Assembly (NCBI RefSeq): GCF_000027125.1
Contig: NC_017626.1
Origin: Escherichia coli 042
Lineage (GTDB): Bacteria > Pseudomonadota > Gammaproteobacteria > Enterobacterales > Enterobacteriaceae
Reading direction: 5' to 3' (one strand)
Length of the DNA stretch: 64,000 bases
Program-made: the position numbers and the translations under genes
The notes under the pieces: generated by a model
The model's input: only the letters and a program-made list of their open reading frames with translations
What the model was told of the DNA's origin: nothing
Databases searched by the model: none
In this document: in pieces, positions 20,401-27,681 of the stretch
How the letters are laid out: each line of letters opens with the position of its first letter
Position numbering within the stretch: position 1 is the stretch's first letter

Positions 20401-20612
20401 AACTTCTTATTGCTACTGAATCCATCTTCGCTCTGCAAAAGATCTAAGAGTTTTTGCAGGTTTTCAAGTAATTCCTGCTCATACTCGGCAAATTTGATAG
20501 CAACAGGAAATGTATTCTCAAAGAAGCTATCGGCTTTTGCTTTCCGGTAAGCGACCAGAAGGTCTTCAATCGTCAGATCATCCCAGCCAGTGAAAATTGC
20601 CTGATATGTCAT
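17403..20612 (-). CDS. Reverse transcriptase fused to a C-terminal nitrilase (carbon-nitrogen hydrolase) domain; candidate anti-phage RT (DRT type 1 / UG1-like)
   Basis: 1069 aa. RT motifs: LDLKSYYHFID (motif A-like, aa 213-223), GGLVIGLTASRIISNIL (motif B-like), HYGRYVDDMFLVI (motif C YVDD, aa 314-317, nt 19662-19673). C-terminal nitrilase triad candidates: FPE (E836), VKIWQPK (K892), GVMICSE (C941). AT-rich relative to flanks. Confidence 0.85.
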   Translation of the reverse strand: MTYQAIFTGWDDLTIEDLLVAYRKAKADSFFENTFPVAIKFAEYEQELLENLQKLLDLLQSEDGFSSNKKLIGKFRLLPKKLTTKKKHESQNGHVHFSNPKRAADHLFNNFDLIPEFRIIGDFPVDSHIISALWINMVGHKFDASLDNCCYGARLKRIRNDELFSNEQDNPFHISAVGSFSPYFQPYQKWRGDGLKAIRDELEKDRDIIAASLDLKSYYHFIDPLAITSDDLYNTLNIKLTEDEKAFTAQLAVFLKHWSDGAAAFGKKIAYKTPVINGGLVIGLTASRIISNILLHHWDKLVIEKLSPIHYGRYVDDMFLVIRDTGTITNNHEFMLLLQDRLGNDCVYLKNEQKQIWQIQQGEHFQGKTTIQLQSDKQKLFVLQGRAGIDLLDSIEKEIYELSSEHRLMPSPDQLEHSTAAKVLSAAGSVGENADTLRRADGLTIRRLGWSLQLRYVETLARDLPPSEWKEQREEFYQFAYNHILRADNLFAHFSYLPRLLGFAISMNEWQHAEKIVLKAYESINLLASVITSGKEVNINGCKTRAVNDLWRCIKGTLSWLFVDAATRYYSPDRLFLDKRSKKEECLADTFFNHISQSLTNLKDLLDLRFDSADFYLKAPLVARADLAKEPYKQIVKSQSAEKLVNQRDSKKEVKILKLMSDSSLIDIDVIKLFLKSTKNTRLEKVAKGNRKNESYLPYIFPTRPLTPAEISELAPECVGLPSTSDKKPDERPSTIWAKYTQALRGVWIKPTLLASEQDSDEATKKARPKKFIHIGTDRKHKVVVALTSIKTEEDDWAKMACNKSNLSRSRYQRISELVNATLKLSPKPDYVLFPELSIPLRWVNSIADRLSSAGISLIAGTEYRHLDDNQLKSEAVLVLSDNRLGYPASVKIWQPKLEPAVGEDEALFSTYGKSWDSTLNVKQRKPVYIHHGVNFGVMICSELQNSKARIRFQGALDALMVLSWNKDLDTFASLIESAALDIHAYTILVNNRKYGDSRVRSPAKEPFMRDIARVKGGDNDFVVAATLDIDSLRAFQSRAKRWPKGGDKFKPLPEGFQLAKNRKKLPPK

Positions 20613-20906
20613 GCGTTATCGTCCTTAGATTACAGTCTGTACAGAATTAGCCAGCCGTTTCATGCCCGAAGGGGGGCTCTTGACACCAGTAATCCATCAG
20701 TGAGGCTGGCAATAATTTTGATTTGTATCCATGTTACACGCTCCCCGCAACCAGTCCGAGCATATATTTGTCACATTTTTCCCGAAAGTGATTAAGTTTG
20801 AATTTTTTGTTTAATGTCGATTTTTAGTCGACAAAATGAGGAATAAGTAAACTATTTCTTGCTGTGGCGTATCCCTGAATCTACACTGGTTTAAATATTT
20901 GTACTA

Positions 20907-21710
20907 ATGTCTATTCAGAGGCGACAGTTGCCAAACTATCTAAACTGGCTGATGCAGCACACGCTACCCGGCCAGGTGCTGCTCCAGTCATGGCTTACCC
21001 GCAACGGCATAGATCGTAAGCTCTCTTATCTCTATGTGAAGAATGGCTGGCTCAGGCGGATCGCTCACGGCGTATACTGCCGGACGGGCCGTGAGCCGGA
21101 TTGGGTAGACGCGGTTTACTGCCTTCAAACACAGTGGGAAAAGCCTGTTCGGGTGGCGGGGCTAACCAGCCTTGCGCTTCAGGGCCATGCGCACTATACC
21201 GAACCGGGTAAGCCGCAGGTCTGGCTCGCGCTTCCGGCTTACGTTAAGCTGCCGGGATGGTTTGCTGCCTTCGAACAATCTGCAACATTTATCACGCTGT
21301 ATACATCGGGGCTTACCGTAGATGTAACGTCATTGACTACGGAACTGAAAATTGGCGACCGCCAGTTAGCAGGCAGTGCCCCGGAACTGGCCGCGTATGA
21401 GATCGCCTGCGGCGTTCCTTCGTTGATATCGTTCGAACATGCCGATGCTCTGTTTCAGGGGATGAATCTTCTCAGCCCGCGTAAATTGCAGGCGTTACTC
21501 TGCGCCAGTCATTCGGTTAAAACCAACCGGGTGATGCTTTACCTTGCCCGGCGTAATGGACACCCTTATTTTCAGTATCTTGATCAAAGCGGTATAGAAA
21601 CAGGTACGGGAAAGCGGCAAATCATACCTGGTGGCTGGCTGGAGCCGGATTATCAAATTACTGTTCCACGCGAATTTAAACCGGAAGGAGTCGAAGATGG
21701 ATCTGCGTGA
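20907..21710 (+). CDS. AbiEi-family transcriptional regulator / type IV antitoxin
   Basis: 267 aa; N-terminal AbiEi-type winged-helix signature (YVKNGWLRRIAHGVYCRTG); overlaps and precedes a nucleotidyltransferase gene. Confidence 0.7.
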   Translation: MSIQRRQLPNYLNWLMQHTLPGQVLLQSWLTRNGIDRKLSYLYVKNGWLRRIAHGVYCRTGREPDWVDAVYCLQTQWEKPVRVAGLTSLALQGHAHYTEPGKPQVWLALPAYVKLPGWFAAFEQSATFITLYTSGLTVDVTSLTTELKIGDRQLAGSAPELAAYEIACGVPSLISFEHADALFQGMNLLSPRKLQALLCASHSVKTNRVMLYLARRNGHPYFQYLDQSGIETGTGKRQIIPGGWLEPDYQITVPREFKPEGVEDGSA

Positions 21711-22617
21711 TAGCTATACCCGGCAGGTCAAACTGTTGATGGACGCTCTGCCGCATGTGGCGAAGGAGTCCGGTTTCGCATTAAAAGGCGGCACCGCAAT
21801 CAATTTGTTTGTGCAGGATTTTCCCCGTCTGTCGGTGGATATCGATCTGGCGTATAAGACTTTTGCGGATCGCGATACCGATTTGACGGCGATCAACGAC
21901 GCTTTGAAGAGAATTACTGCATCGCTGAACAGTAAACCGGGGATTACCGCGATTCGGCAGGAAAATAAAACGGATGAAAAGCGCATCATTGTGAATACGG
22001 CTGATGCCCAGATTAAGATCGAGGTTAGTCCGGTCTGGCGTGGGCTATTGTTGCCTCCGGCAGAAATGTCGGTGTGCGAACGTGTGGAAATGGAGTATGG
22101 CTTCACCACTATGAGTGTCGTTTCGCTGGCGGATCTTTATGGCGGTAAAATCTGCGCAGCGCTTGATCGTCAGCACCCGCGCGATCTGTTTGATGTGCTG
22201 AATATGCTGGAGAAACCGGGACTGATGCGGGAGATCTTTGACGGTTTTCTTTGTTATCTGGCAGGCCATCCCCGCCCCATTGCCGAGTTGCTGGCTCCAA
22301 ACTGGGATACAGAGCGGATCACGACGCTGTATGCTCAGGAATTTTCGGGGATGACTCAGCAGGAAACGTCGCTGGAATCGCTGCTGTCAGTAACGACTTT
22401 GCTGCCGCAGGCGTTGAAGTCACATCTTACGGATCTGGATCGCGAGTTCTTGCTCAGTTTTAAGCAAAACAGCCCTGACTGGTCGCGGTATCGCTATCCT
22501 GAAATTCAGCATCTTCCGGCTATTCGCTGGAAGCAACGTAATCTGGCGGTGCTGAAAGATAAAAATCCGGCGAAGTATGTGGCGGCGGTGAATAAGCTAG
22601 AGAGGGTGCTGGCGTAA
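21697..22617 (+). CDS. AbiEii/AbiGii-family nucleotidyltransferase toxin (DUF1814)
   Basis: Start set at ATG 21697 (GGAAGGAG Shine-Dalgarno, 14-nt overlap with the upstream gene); nucleotidyltransferase motif ALKGGTAINLF...RLSVDIDLA. Confidence 0.75.
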   Translation: MDLRDSYTRQVKLLMDALPHVAKESGFALKGGTAINLFVQDFPRLSVDIDLAYKTFADRDTDLTAINDALKRITASLNSKPGITAIRQENKTDEKRIIVNTADAQIKIEVSPVWRGLLLPPAEMSVCERVEMEYGFTTMSVVSLADLYGGKICAALDRQHPRDLFDVLNMLEKPGLMREIFDGFLCYLAGHPRPIAELLAPNWDTERITTLYAQEFSGMTQQETSLESLLSVTTLLPQALKSHLTDLDREFLLSFKQNSPDWSRYRYPEIQHLPAIRWKQRNLAVLKDKNPAKYVAAVNKLERVLA

Positions 22618-22682
22618 TCAATAGACCAGCATTAATCACAGAAGATTACCAATCAGACAGAAATGGTTAAATCGTCGAATTC

Positions 22683-22850
22683 ATAATTAATACTTTTTCT
22701 TACGCCGCTGAACAGCTTGAAAAGGATACATATTTTAAATATCAGTGAAGTGAACAGTTTATTGCCGTTATTAATAGAGATGGAGGAATAAATACGCGTA
22801 TTCTACTATTGCAACAAAAAAAACGATGATGATCAGTTTTCATAATGAAG
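22683..22850 (-). repeat. Decayed paralogous copy of the ykgO 3' end plus ykgR region (duplicate of sequence at 41307-41340 and 42020-42176)
   Basis: 22683-22720 aligns to the rpmJ2 3' end at about 75% identity with a 1-nt frameshift (tail ...AVQRRKKKY vs ...AVQGRKKKR); 22723-22850 is about 90% identical to 42030-42160 but with a roughly 28-nt deletion in the ykgR-like frame. Confidence 0.5.
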
Positions 22851-23059
22851 TAACCTGACAGATATAAAAATGTTGATTGAGGCTCAATGCCCGAATGAAG
22901 GTTGTCGAGGGAGCCAGGTGGTTTTTTCTTTTGGGTGATCTCCATTGCTGGATAGTCCCCTCTTTCTCGCTCAAAGCAGGGTGTACAGACCCTGGAATTG
23001 AACGCAGAGGGACTACCTGACACAATTTTGCACAGTGAAGAGTCGGTCGTTATTAACGT

Positions 23060-23944
23060 TCAGATTTTCAATGTATCAATGACCATCCGCAGGGCGGGGG
23101 AGACGTTGCGATGAGGGTAATAGAGAAACAATCCCTCCATTCGCAGGCTGTAACGCTGCAACACCCTGATAAGCTTACCGTGTTCTAAATCATCCGCGAC
23201 CAGTTCAACAGGAACATAGGCCAATCCGAGGCCCAGCCGGGCTGCTTCTGCTTCCATATAGCTGTCGGATAAGGCCCATTGCCCTTCAGGGCGATGAGTG
23301 ATTTTTTTATCATCCTGATTGAGTTCCCACTGGTATACGCTGCCGTCGGCAAACTGATAGGCGATACAGGGATGCGCCTTTAAATCCGCCGGGGTTTGCG
23401 GAAAACCATAGCGACGAAAATGTTCCGGAGTCCCCACAATTGCCATCTCCATATCGGGCGTGATGCGTACCGCGACCATACCCTGGCCGACTTCAGGCCC
23501 CAGGCGGACACCTGCATCGAATCTTTCCTCGATGATATCGACGAACCGGCTCTCATTTATCAGTTCAAGCCGGATATCAGGATATCGCTGTTTAAATACC
23601 GCCAGATTTGGCAGCAGGCATTTATCAATCGCGTGCTGGCTGGCATTGATACGCACCGTGCCGGAGGGCGTCTCTCGATAGTGCGCCAGCGTGGCAAGCC
23701 CAAGATCTAACATTTCAAATCCAGATGCCGTCTTCTGGTAGAGCTGCTCGCCTGCTTGTGTCAGCGACAGTTTACGCGTGGTGCGCACTAGCAGCTGGAC
23801 ACCCAGCCTTTCTTCAAGCTCGCGAACAGAACGGCTGACTCCTGACTGAGCAAGACCCAGCCGCTGAGCCGCTGCGGTAAAGCTGCCTTCTCGCACCACC
23901 TGCATAAACAGGTACAGCTCGTTGTAGTTCTCCCTTTTCGCCAT
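23060..23944 (-). CDS. LysR-family transcriptional regulator
   Basis: 294 aa; N-terminal HTH (FTAAAQRLGLAQSGVSRSVRELEERLGVQLLVRTTR) and LysR substrate-binding domain; divergent from the hydrolase gene. Confidence 0.85.
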   Translation of the reverse strand: MAKRENYNELYLFMQVVREGSFTAAAQRLGLAQSGVSRSVRELEERLGVQLLVRTTRKLSLTQAGEQLYQKTASGFEMLDLGLATLAHYRETPSGTVRINASQHAIDKCLLPNLAVFKQRYPDIRLELINESRFVDIIEERFDAGVRLGPEVGQGMVAVRITPDMEMAIVGTPEHFRRYGFPQTPADLKAHPCIAYQFADGSVYQWELNQDDKKITHRPEGQWALSDSYMEAEAARLGLGLAYVPVELVADDLEHGKLIRVLQRYSLRMEGLFLYYPHRNVSPALRMVIDTLKI

Positions 23945-24109
23945 TGAAACATCCCCCCTTCATGCCGGCAATCTCCGCATTAATTTATAACAATATGGTA
24001 TTAATCTTAGCATTAATCGCCCCCTAATCAGCACTAATTCTGCTCACTATAATGACCCCATCAAAGCAAAGCACTGCAGCGTTGTCCGTCGGAAACCTGT
24101 ATCTCTCTG

Positions 24110-25267
24110 TTGTTTTTTATGGGGATTTTTATGAAAGCCTTCACCCGAACGCTAAAAACCGCGATGCCGACCATGCTGCTTTTCGCGTCATTATGTGGAG
24201 TCACGACAATGAGTTATGCTGATTCAACCAATCCTAATGCCCCTGTGTCCATGACAGATAAATGGGATAAAACGTTCGCCGAGAGCCAGAAAGTCGATCA
24301 CCGTAAAGTATCGTTCCCGAACCGATATGGCATCACCTTAGTGGGCGATCTTTACCTGCCTAAAGACCGTGGCGATCGCAAGCTGGCGGCGATTGCGGTC
24401 AGTGGGCCATTTGGCGCGGTGAAAGAGCAATCCAGCGGCCTGTATGCGCAGACGCTGGCGGAACGAGGGTTTGTTACCCTGGCGTTCGATCCTTCTTACA
24501 CCGGGGAAAGCGGCGGCTATCCGCGAAACGTCGCCTCACCGGATATCAACACTGAAGATTTCAGCGCGGCGGTGGATTTCTTAGGGCTGCAAAAAGAGGT
24601 AGATCGCAACCGTATCGGGCTGCTCGGTATTTGTGGCTGGGGCGGCATGGCGCTGAACGACGTGGCGATGGATACCCGCGTTAAAGCGGTAGCTACCAGC
24701 GTGATGTATGACATGAGCCGGGCGATGGGTCATGGTGTGGGGGATGGCAAAGACCGTTATTCTACCGCCGACCGTCGTGCCGTTCTGCAATATCTGAATG
24801 AACAGCGCTGGAAGGATGCGCAGAGCGGAACGTTCGCTCACGGTGGTCATGATATTAATGTCGACAGCAACGGCAAGGTCAGTGCGGGCGAGCGCATTCT
24901 GCCAGAAACGCTGCCGGCAAATCCTCATCCGGTACTGAAAGAGTTCTTTGACTACTATCGCATGCCGCGCGGCTTCCACGAACGTTCCGTTAACTCTACC
25001 GGGGCGTGGACGGCAACGATGCCGCTGTCATTTATGAATATGCCGCTGTTGAGCTACGCCAGTGAAATCACCATTCCGACGCTGATTGTGACCGGTGAGA
25101 AAGCGCATTCACGCTATTTTGCTGAAGATGCTTACAAGGCGGTTGGCAGTAAAGACAAAGAGTTGGTGGTGGTACCAGGGGCAAATCACGTGGACCTGTA
25201 CGATAACGTGGCCGGAAAAATACCTTTCGCGAAGTTCGAACAATTTTTCCAGACCAAACTGAAATAA
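24110..25267 (+). CDS. Alpha/beta-hydrolase (dienelactone-hydrolase-like) with N-terminal signal peptide
   Basis: Signal-like N-terminus (MKAFTRTLKTAMPTMLLFASLCGVTTMSYA; start could be ATG 24131); hydrolase core LGICGWGG; paralogous to the protein at 44037-44957. Confidence 0.8.
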   Translation: MFFMGIFMKAFTRTLKTAMPTMLLFASLCGVTTMSYADSTNPNAPVSMTDKWDKTFAESQKVDHRKVSFPNRYGITLVGDLYLPKDRGDRKLAAIAVSGPFGAVKEQSSGLYAQTLAERGFVTLAFDPSYTGESGGYPRNVASPDINTEDFSAAVDFLGLQKEVDRNRIGLLGICGWGGMALNDVAMDTRVKAVATSVMYDMSRAMGHGVGDGKDRYSTADRRAVLQYLNEQRWKDAQSGTFAHGGHDINVDSNGKVSAGERILPETLPANPHPVLKEFFDYYRMPRGFHERSVNSTGAWTATMPLSFMNMPLLSYASEITIPTLIVTGEKAHSRYFAEDAYKAVGSKDKELVVVPGANHVDLYDNVAGKIPFAKFEQFFQTKLK

Positions 25268-25342
25268 AACCTCTCCTGAATTGATGCAAAGCCACCGGTC
25301 TATGGCCGGTGGCTTTTATCCTGATCTTTGTGAAATTTCACT

Positions 25343-26536
25343 ATGTCGACACTAAGCCAAACACTATCACCTCATCATCAGCGCGCATACTGGGGCGGTA
25401 TTTTTGCCATGACCCTGTGCGTGTTTGTGCTGATTGCTTCTGAATTTATGCCCGTCAGCCTGCTCACGCCGATTACCCGCGATTTAGGCGTGACGGAGGG
25501 GCTGGCAGGGCAGGGGATTGCTATCTCCGGCGCGCTGGCGGTTCTGACCAGCCTGACGCTTTCAACGCTAGCTGGAAAGATGAATCGTAAGTTCCTGCTG
25601 CTGGGGATGACGGTTCTGATGGCCGTATCGGGGCTTATTATTGCGCTGGCTTCCAGTTATCTGATGTATATGGTCGGTCGTGCGATGATTGGTGTGGCCA
25701 TTGGCGGATTCTGGTCGATGTCAGCGGCAACGGCTATTCGTCTGGTACCGCAGCATCAGGTTACGCGTGCGCTGGCGATTTTCAACGCCGGTAATGCGCT
25801 GGCGACGGCCGTGGCCGCACCGCTGGGAAGCTATCTGGGGGCTAAGGTCGGATGGCGAGGCGCTTTCTTGTGCCTGGTGCCTATCGCGGTTGTCGCCTTT
25901 ATCTGGCAATGCATTAGTCTGCCAAGCATGGATGCGAATAAAAGCCACACGTCATGTGGCGCGGTATTCCGCTTATTTAGCCGCCGCATGGTTGTGGTCG
26001 GCATGATAGCCTGCGGCCTGTTTTTCATGGGGCAGTTTGCACTATTCACCTATGTGCGCCCGTTTCTGGAGTCGGTGACACGGGTTAATTCCTTAGGCTT
26101 GTCGTCGATTTTGTTGATTATCGGCGTGGCCGGTTTTATTGGCACGCTGGTTGTTTCGGCATTTCTCAACAGAAAATTCTACCCCACGCTGATGGCCATA
26201 CCCGGACTGATGGCCGTCATTGCCATCGGTCTGATGCTTACCGGGCATCACGTCTGGACGGTCTCGCTGCTGTTAGGACTCTGGGGCATGCTGGCCACCG
26301 CCGCGCCAACCGGATGGTGGACATGGATTGCGCGTACGTTGCCTGACAACGCCGAAGCTGGAGGCGGGCTCATGGTCGCGGTGATTCAGCTCGCCATCGC
26401 CCTTGGATCAACGGCAGGAGGCATCGTGTTTGACCGCCTTGGCTGGCAGAGCACGTTTGCTATGAGTAGCGTGCTGCTCCTTTGCGCTGGCGTACTGACC
26501 TTTGTTACCGCACGCCAGAAGGCCGGTGCGCTTTAG
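25343..26536 (+). CDS. MFS-family transporter
   Basis: 397 aa with about 12 predicted transmembrane segments; MFS-like composition. Confidence 0.85.
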   Translation: MSTLSQTLSPHHQRAYWGGIFAMTLCVFVLIASEFMPVSLLTPITRDLGVTEGLAGQGIAISGALAVLTSLTLSTLAGKMNRKFLLLGMTVLMAVSGLIIALASSYLMYMVGRAMIGVAIGGFWSMSAATAIRLVPQHQVTRALAIFNAGNALATAVAAPLGSYLGAKVGWRGAFLCLVPIAVVAFIWQCISLPSMDANKSHTSCGAVFRLFSRRMVVVGMIACGLFFMGQFALFTYVRPFLESVTRVNSLGLSSILLIIGVAGFIGTLVVSAFLNRKFYPTLMAIPGLMAVIAIGLMLTGHHVWTVSLLLGLWGMLATAAPTGWWTWIARTLPDNAEAGGGLMVAVIQLAIALGSTAGGIVFDRLGWQSTFAMSSVLLLCAGVLTFVTARQKAGAL

Positions 26537-26579
26537 TCCGGCGAGGGCGCGCGTTGCTGAATAAGTTACACAAGGCGAT

Positions 26580-26612
26580 GAGCGCCCACTATGGGTTGGG
26601 CGCTCTTTTAAA
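26580..26612 (+). terminator. Rho-independent terminator after the MFS gene
   Basis: 9-bp stem GAGCGCCCA / TGGGCGCTC with an 8-nt loop, followed by TTTTAAA; lies between convergent genes. Confidence 0.6.
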
Positions 26613-26661
26613 CGATTTAGGTGATTTTCTAAAACGGCTACTGCAGATTTTTTCTCTTAAT

Positions 26662-27672
26662 TTATGGGTATTTCCCCCGGAGGCGAGAAAGCGCTCTCCA
26701 CGCCCAGCCGCAAGGATCAGGACACGGGGGCAGGCATGAATCCTCCTCCTGATGGAGACGTACAGAGGCGACTTCTGCCAGCACGGAGAGTGCCAGAGTA
26801 TGCGCATCCCGGGCTTTGGGGAATATCCCGACGGGTGCCCGGATTTGCGCTGTCTCCTCCCTGGACCATCCCAGCTCGTGGAGCTTTTGCAGACGTAAAG
26901 TGTGGGTTCGATAGCTGCCCAATGCGCCGAGATAAAAGGGTTTTGCTTCTCGCGCGGCCTGCAACACTGGCAGCTCCCGGTTGAGATCATGGCACAGCAA
27001 AATGACCGCCGTATCGGTATCGATCTGAGCGCTGGCTGAGGCCGGAAAAAGATCGAAGATATGGCTGTCATAGCCTGTGGCTGCTGCAAGACTCGCGGTT
27101 GCCTGCGCCTCAAGAGAACGTCCGTAAATCATCAGCCTGACGCATGGCCTGAACCCCACCTCAAAGCCATTGAGATTCCAGCCCGTCCGGGTTTGCGTGG
27201 GCAGGCACACCAGCGATTGAGCTTGCGGATCGTAGCGCAGACCCGACGGTTTTCTCTGTTCCAGGCGGTTCAGCACGGCGAGCAGAGGCTGTGCCGAGCG
27301 TAGTTTATGGAGCGTCAGCGTGATCCCACCGCCGCAGGGCAGAACGATGTCAAACCACGGCGAACCTTCGCCATAGCGAATTTCGCGATCGCAGCCTGAG
27401 CCCATCACCTCCAGCGCTTCAAAAGCGGCAGCGGCCTCCACGCAGCCGCCAGAGACAAAACCGCAGTAACGACCATCTTCGCGCACTACCATCTGTGCTC
27501 CGAGCGGGCGCGCCGCGCCGCCGCGTATCTCCACCAGCGTCACCAGCACCGCTCCTTTACCGGACATTAGCGCCTCTACGGCGAAGCGCAGAATGGCCCG
27601 GTGGTCATCGGTGAGAAACGCCTGCTCTGGCTTATGCCAGTGCTCGTCTTTGTCAAAAAGTGGGTATGACAT
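26662..27672 (-). CDS. paoD: XdhC-like molybdenum-cofactor insertion chaperone for the periplasmic aldehyde oxidoreductase
   Basis: XdhC/CoxI-family sequence; last gene of the paoABCD operon order. Exact start uncertain. Confidence 0.8.
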   Translation of the reverse strand: MSYPLFDKDEHWHKPEQAFLTDDHRAILRFAVEALMSGKGAVLVTLVEIRGGAARPLGAQMVVREDGRYCGFVSGGCVEAAAAFEALEVMGSGCDREIRYGEGSPWFDIVLPCGGGITLTLHKLRSAQPLLAVLNRLEQRKPSGLRYDPQAQSLVCLPTQTRTGWNLNGFEVGFRPCVRLMIYGRSLEAQATASLAAATGYDSHIFDLFPASASAQIDTDTAVILLCHDLNRELPVLQAAREAKPFYLGALGSYRTHTLRLQKLHELGWSREETAQIRAPVGIFPKARDAHTLALSVLAEVASVRLHQEEDSCLPPCPDPCGWAWRALSRLRGKYP

Positions 27673-27681
27673 TGTTCCTCC

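Noticed and set aside
22742-23023. 93-aa minus-strand ORF at the island boundary
   Set aside because: It runs through the decayed ykgR-like paralog; the frame is created by the indels that disrupt the ancestral small gene.
20613-23060. Search for a direct repeat of the thrW 3' end (attR) at the right end of the island
   Set aside because: No convincing copy of TTCGACTCCTATTATCGGCACCA found by eye; the right boundary is inferred only from where paralogous backbone-like sequence resumes (about 22683).
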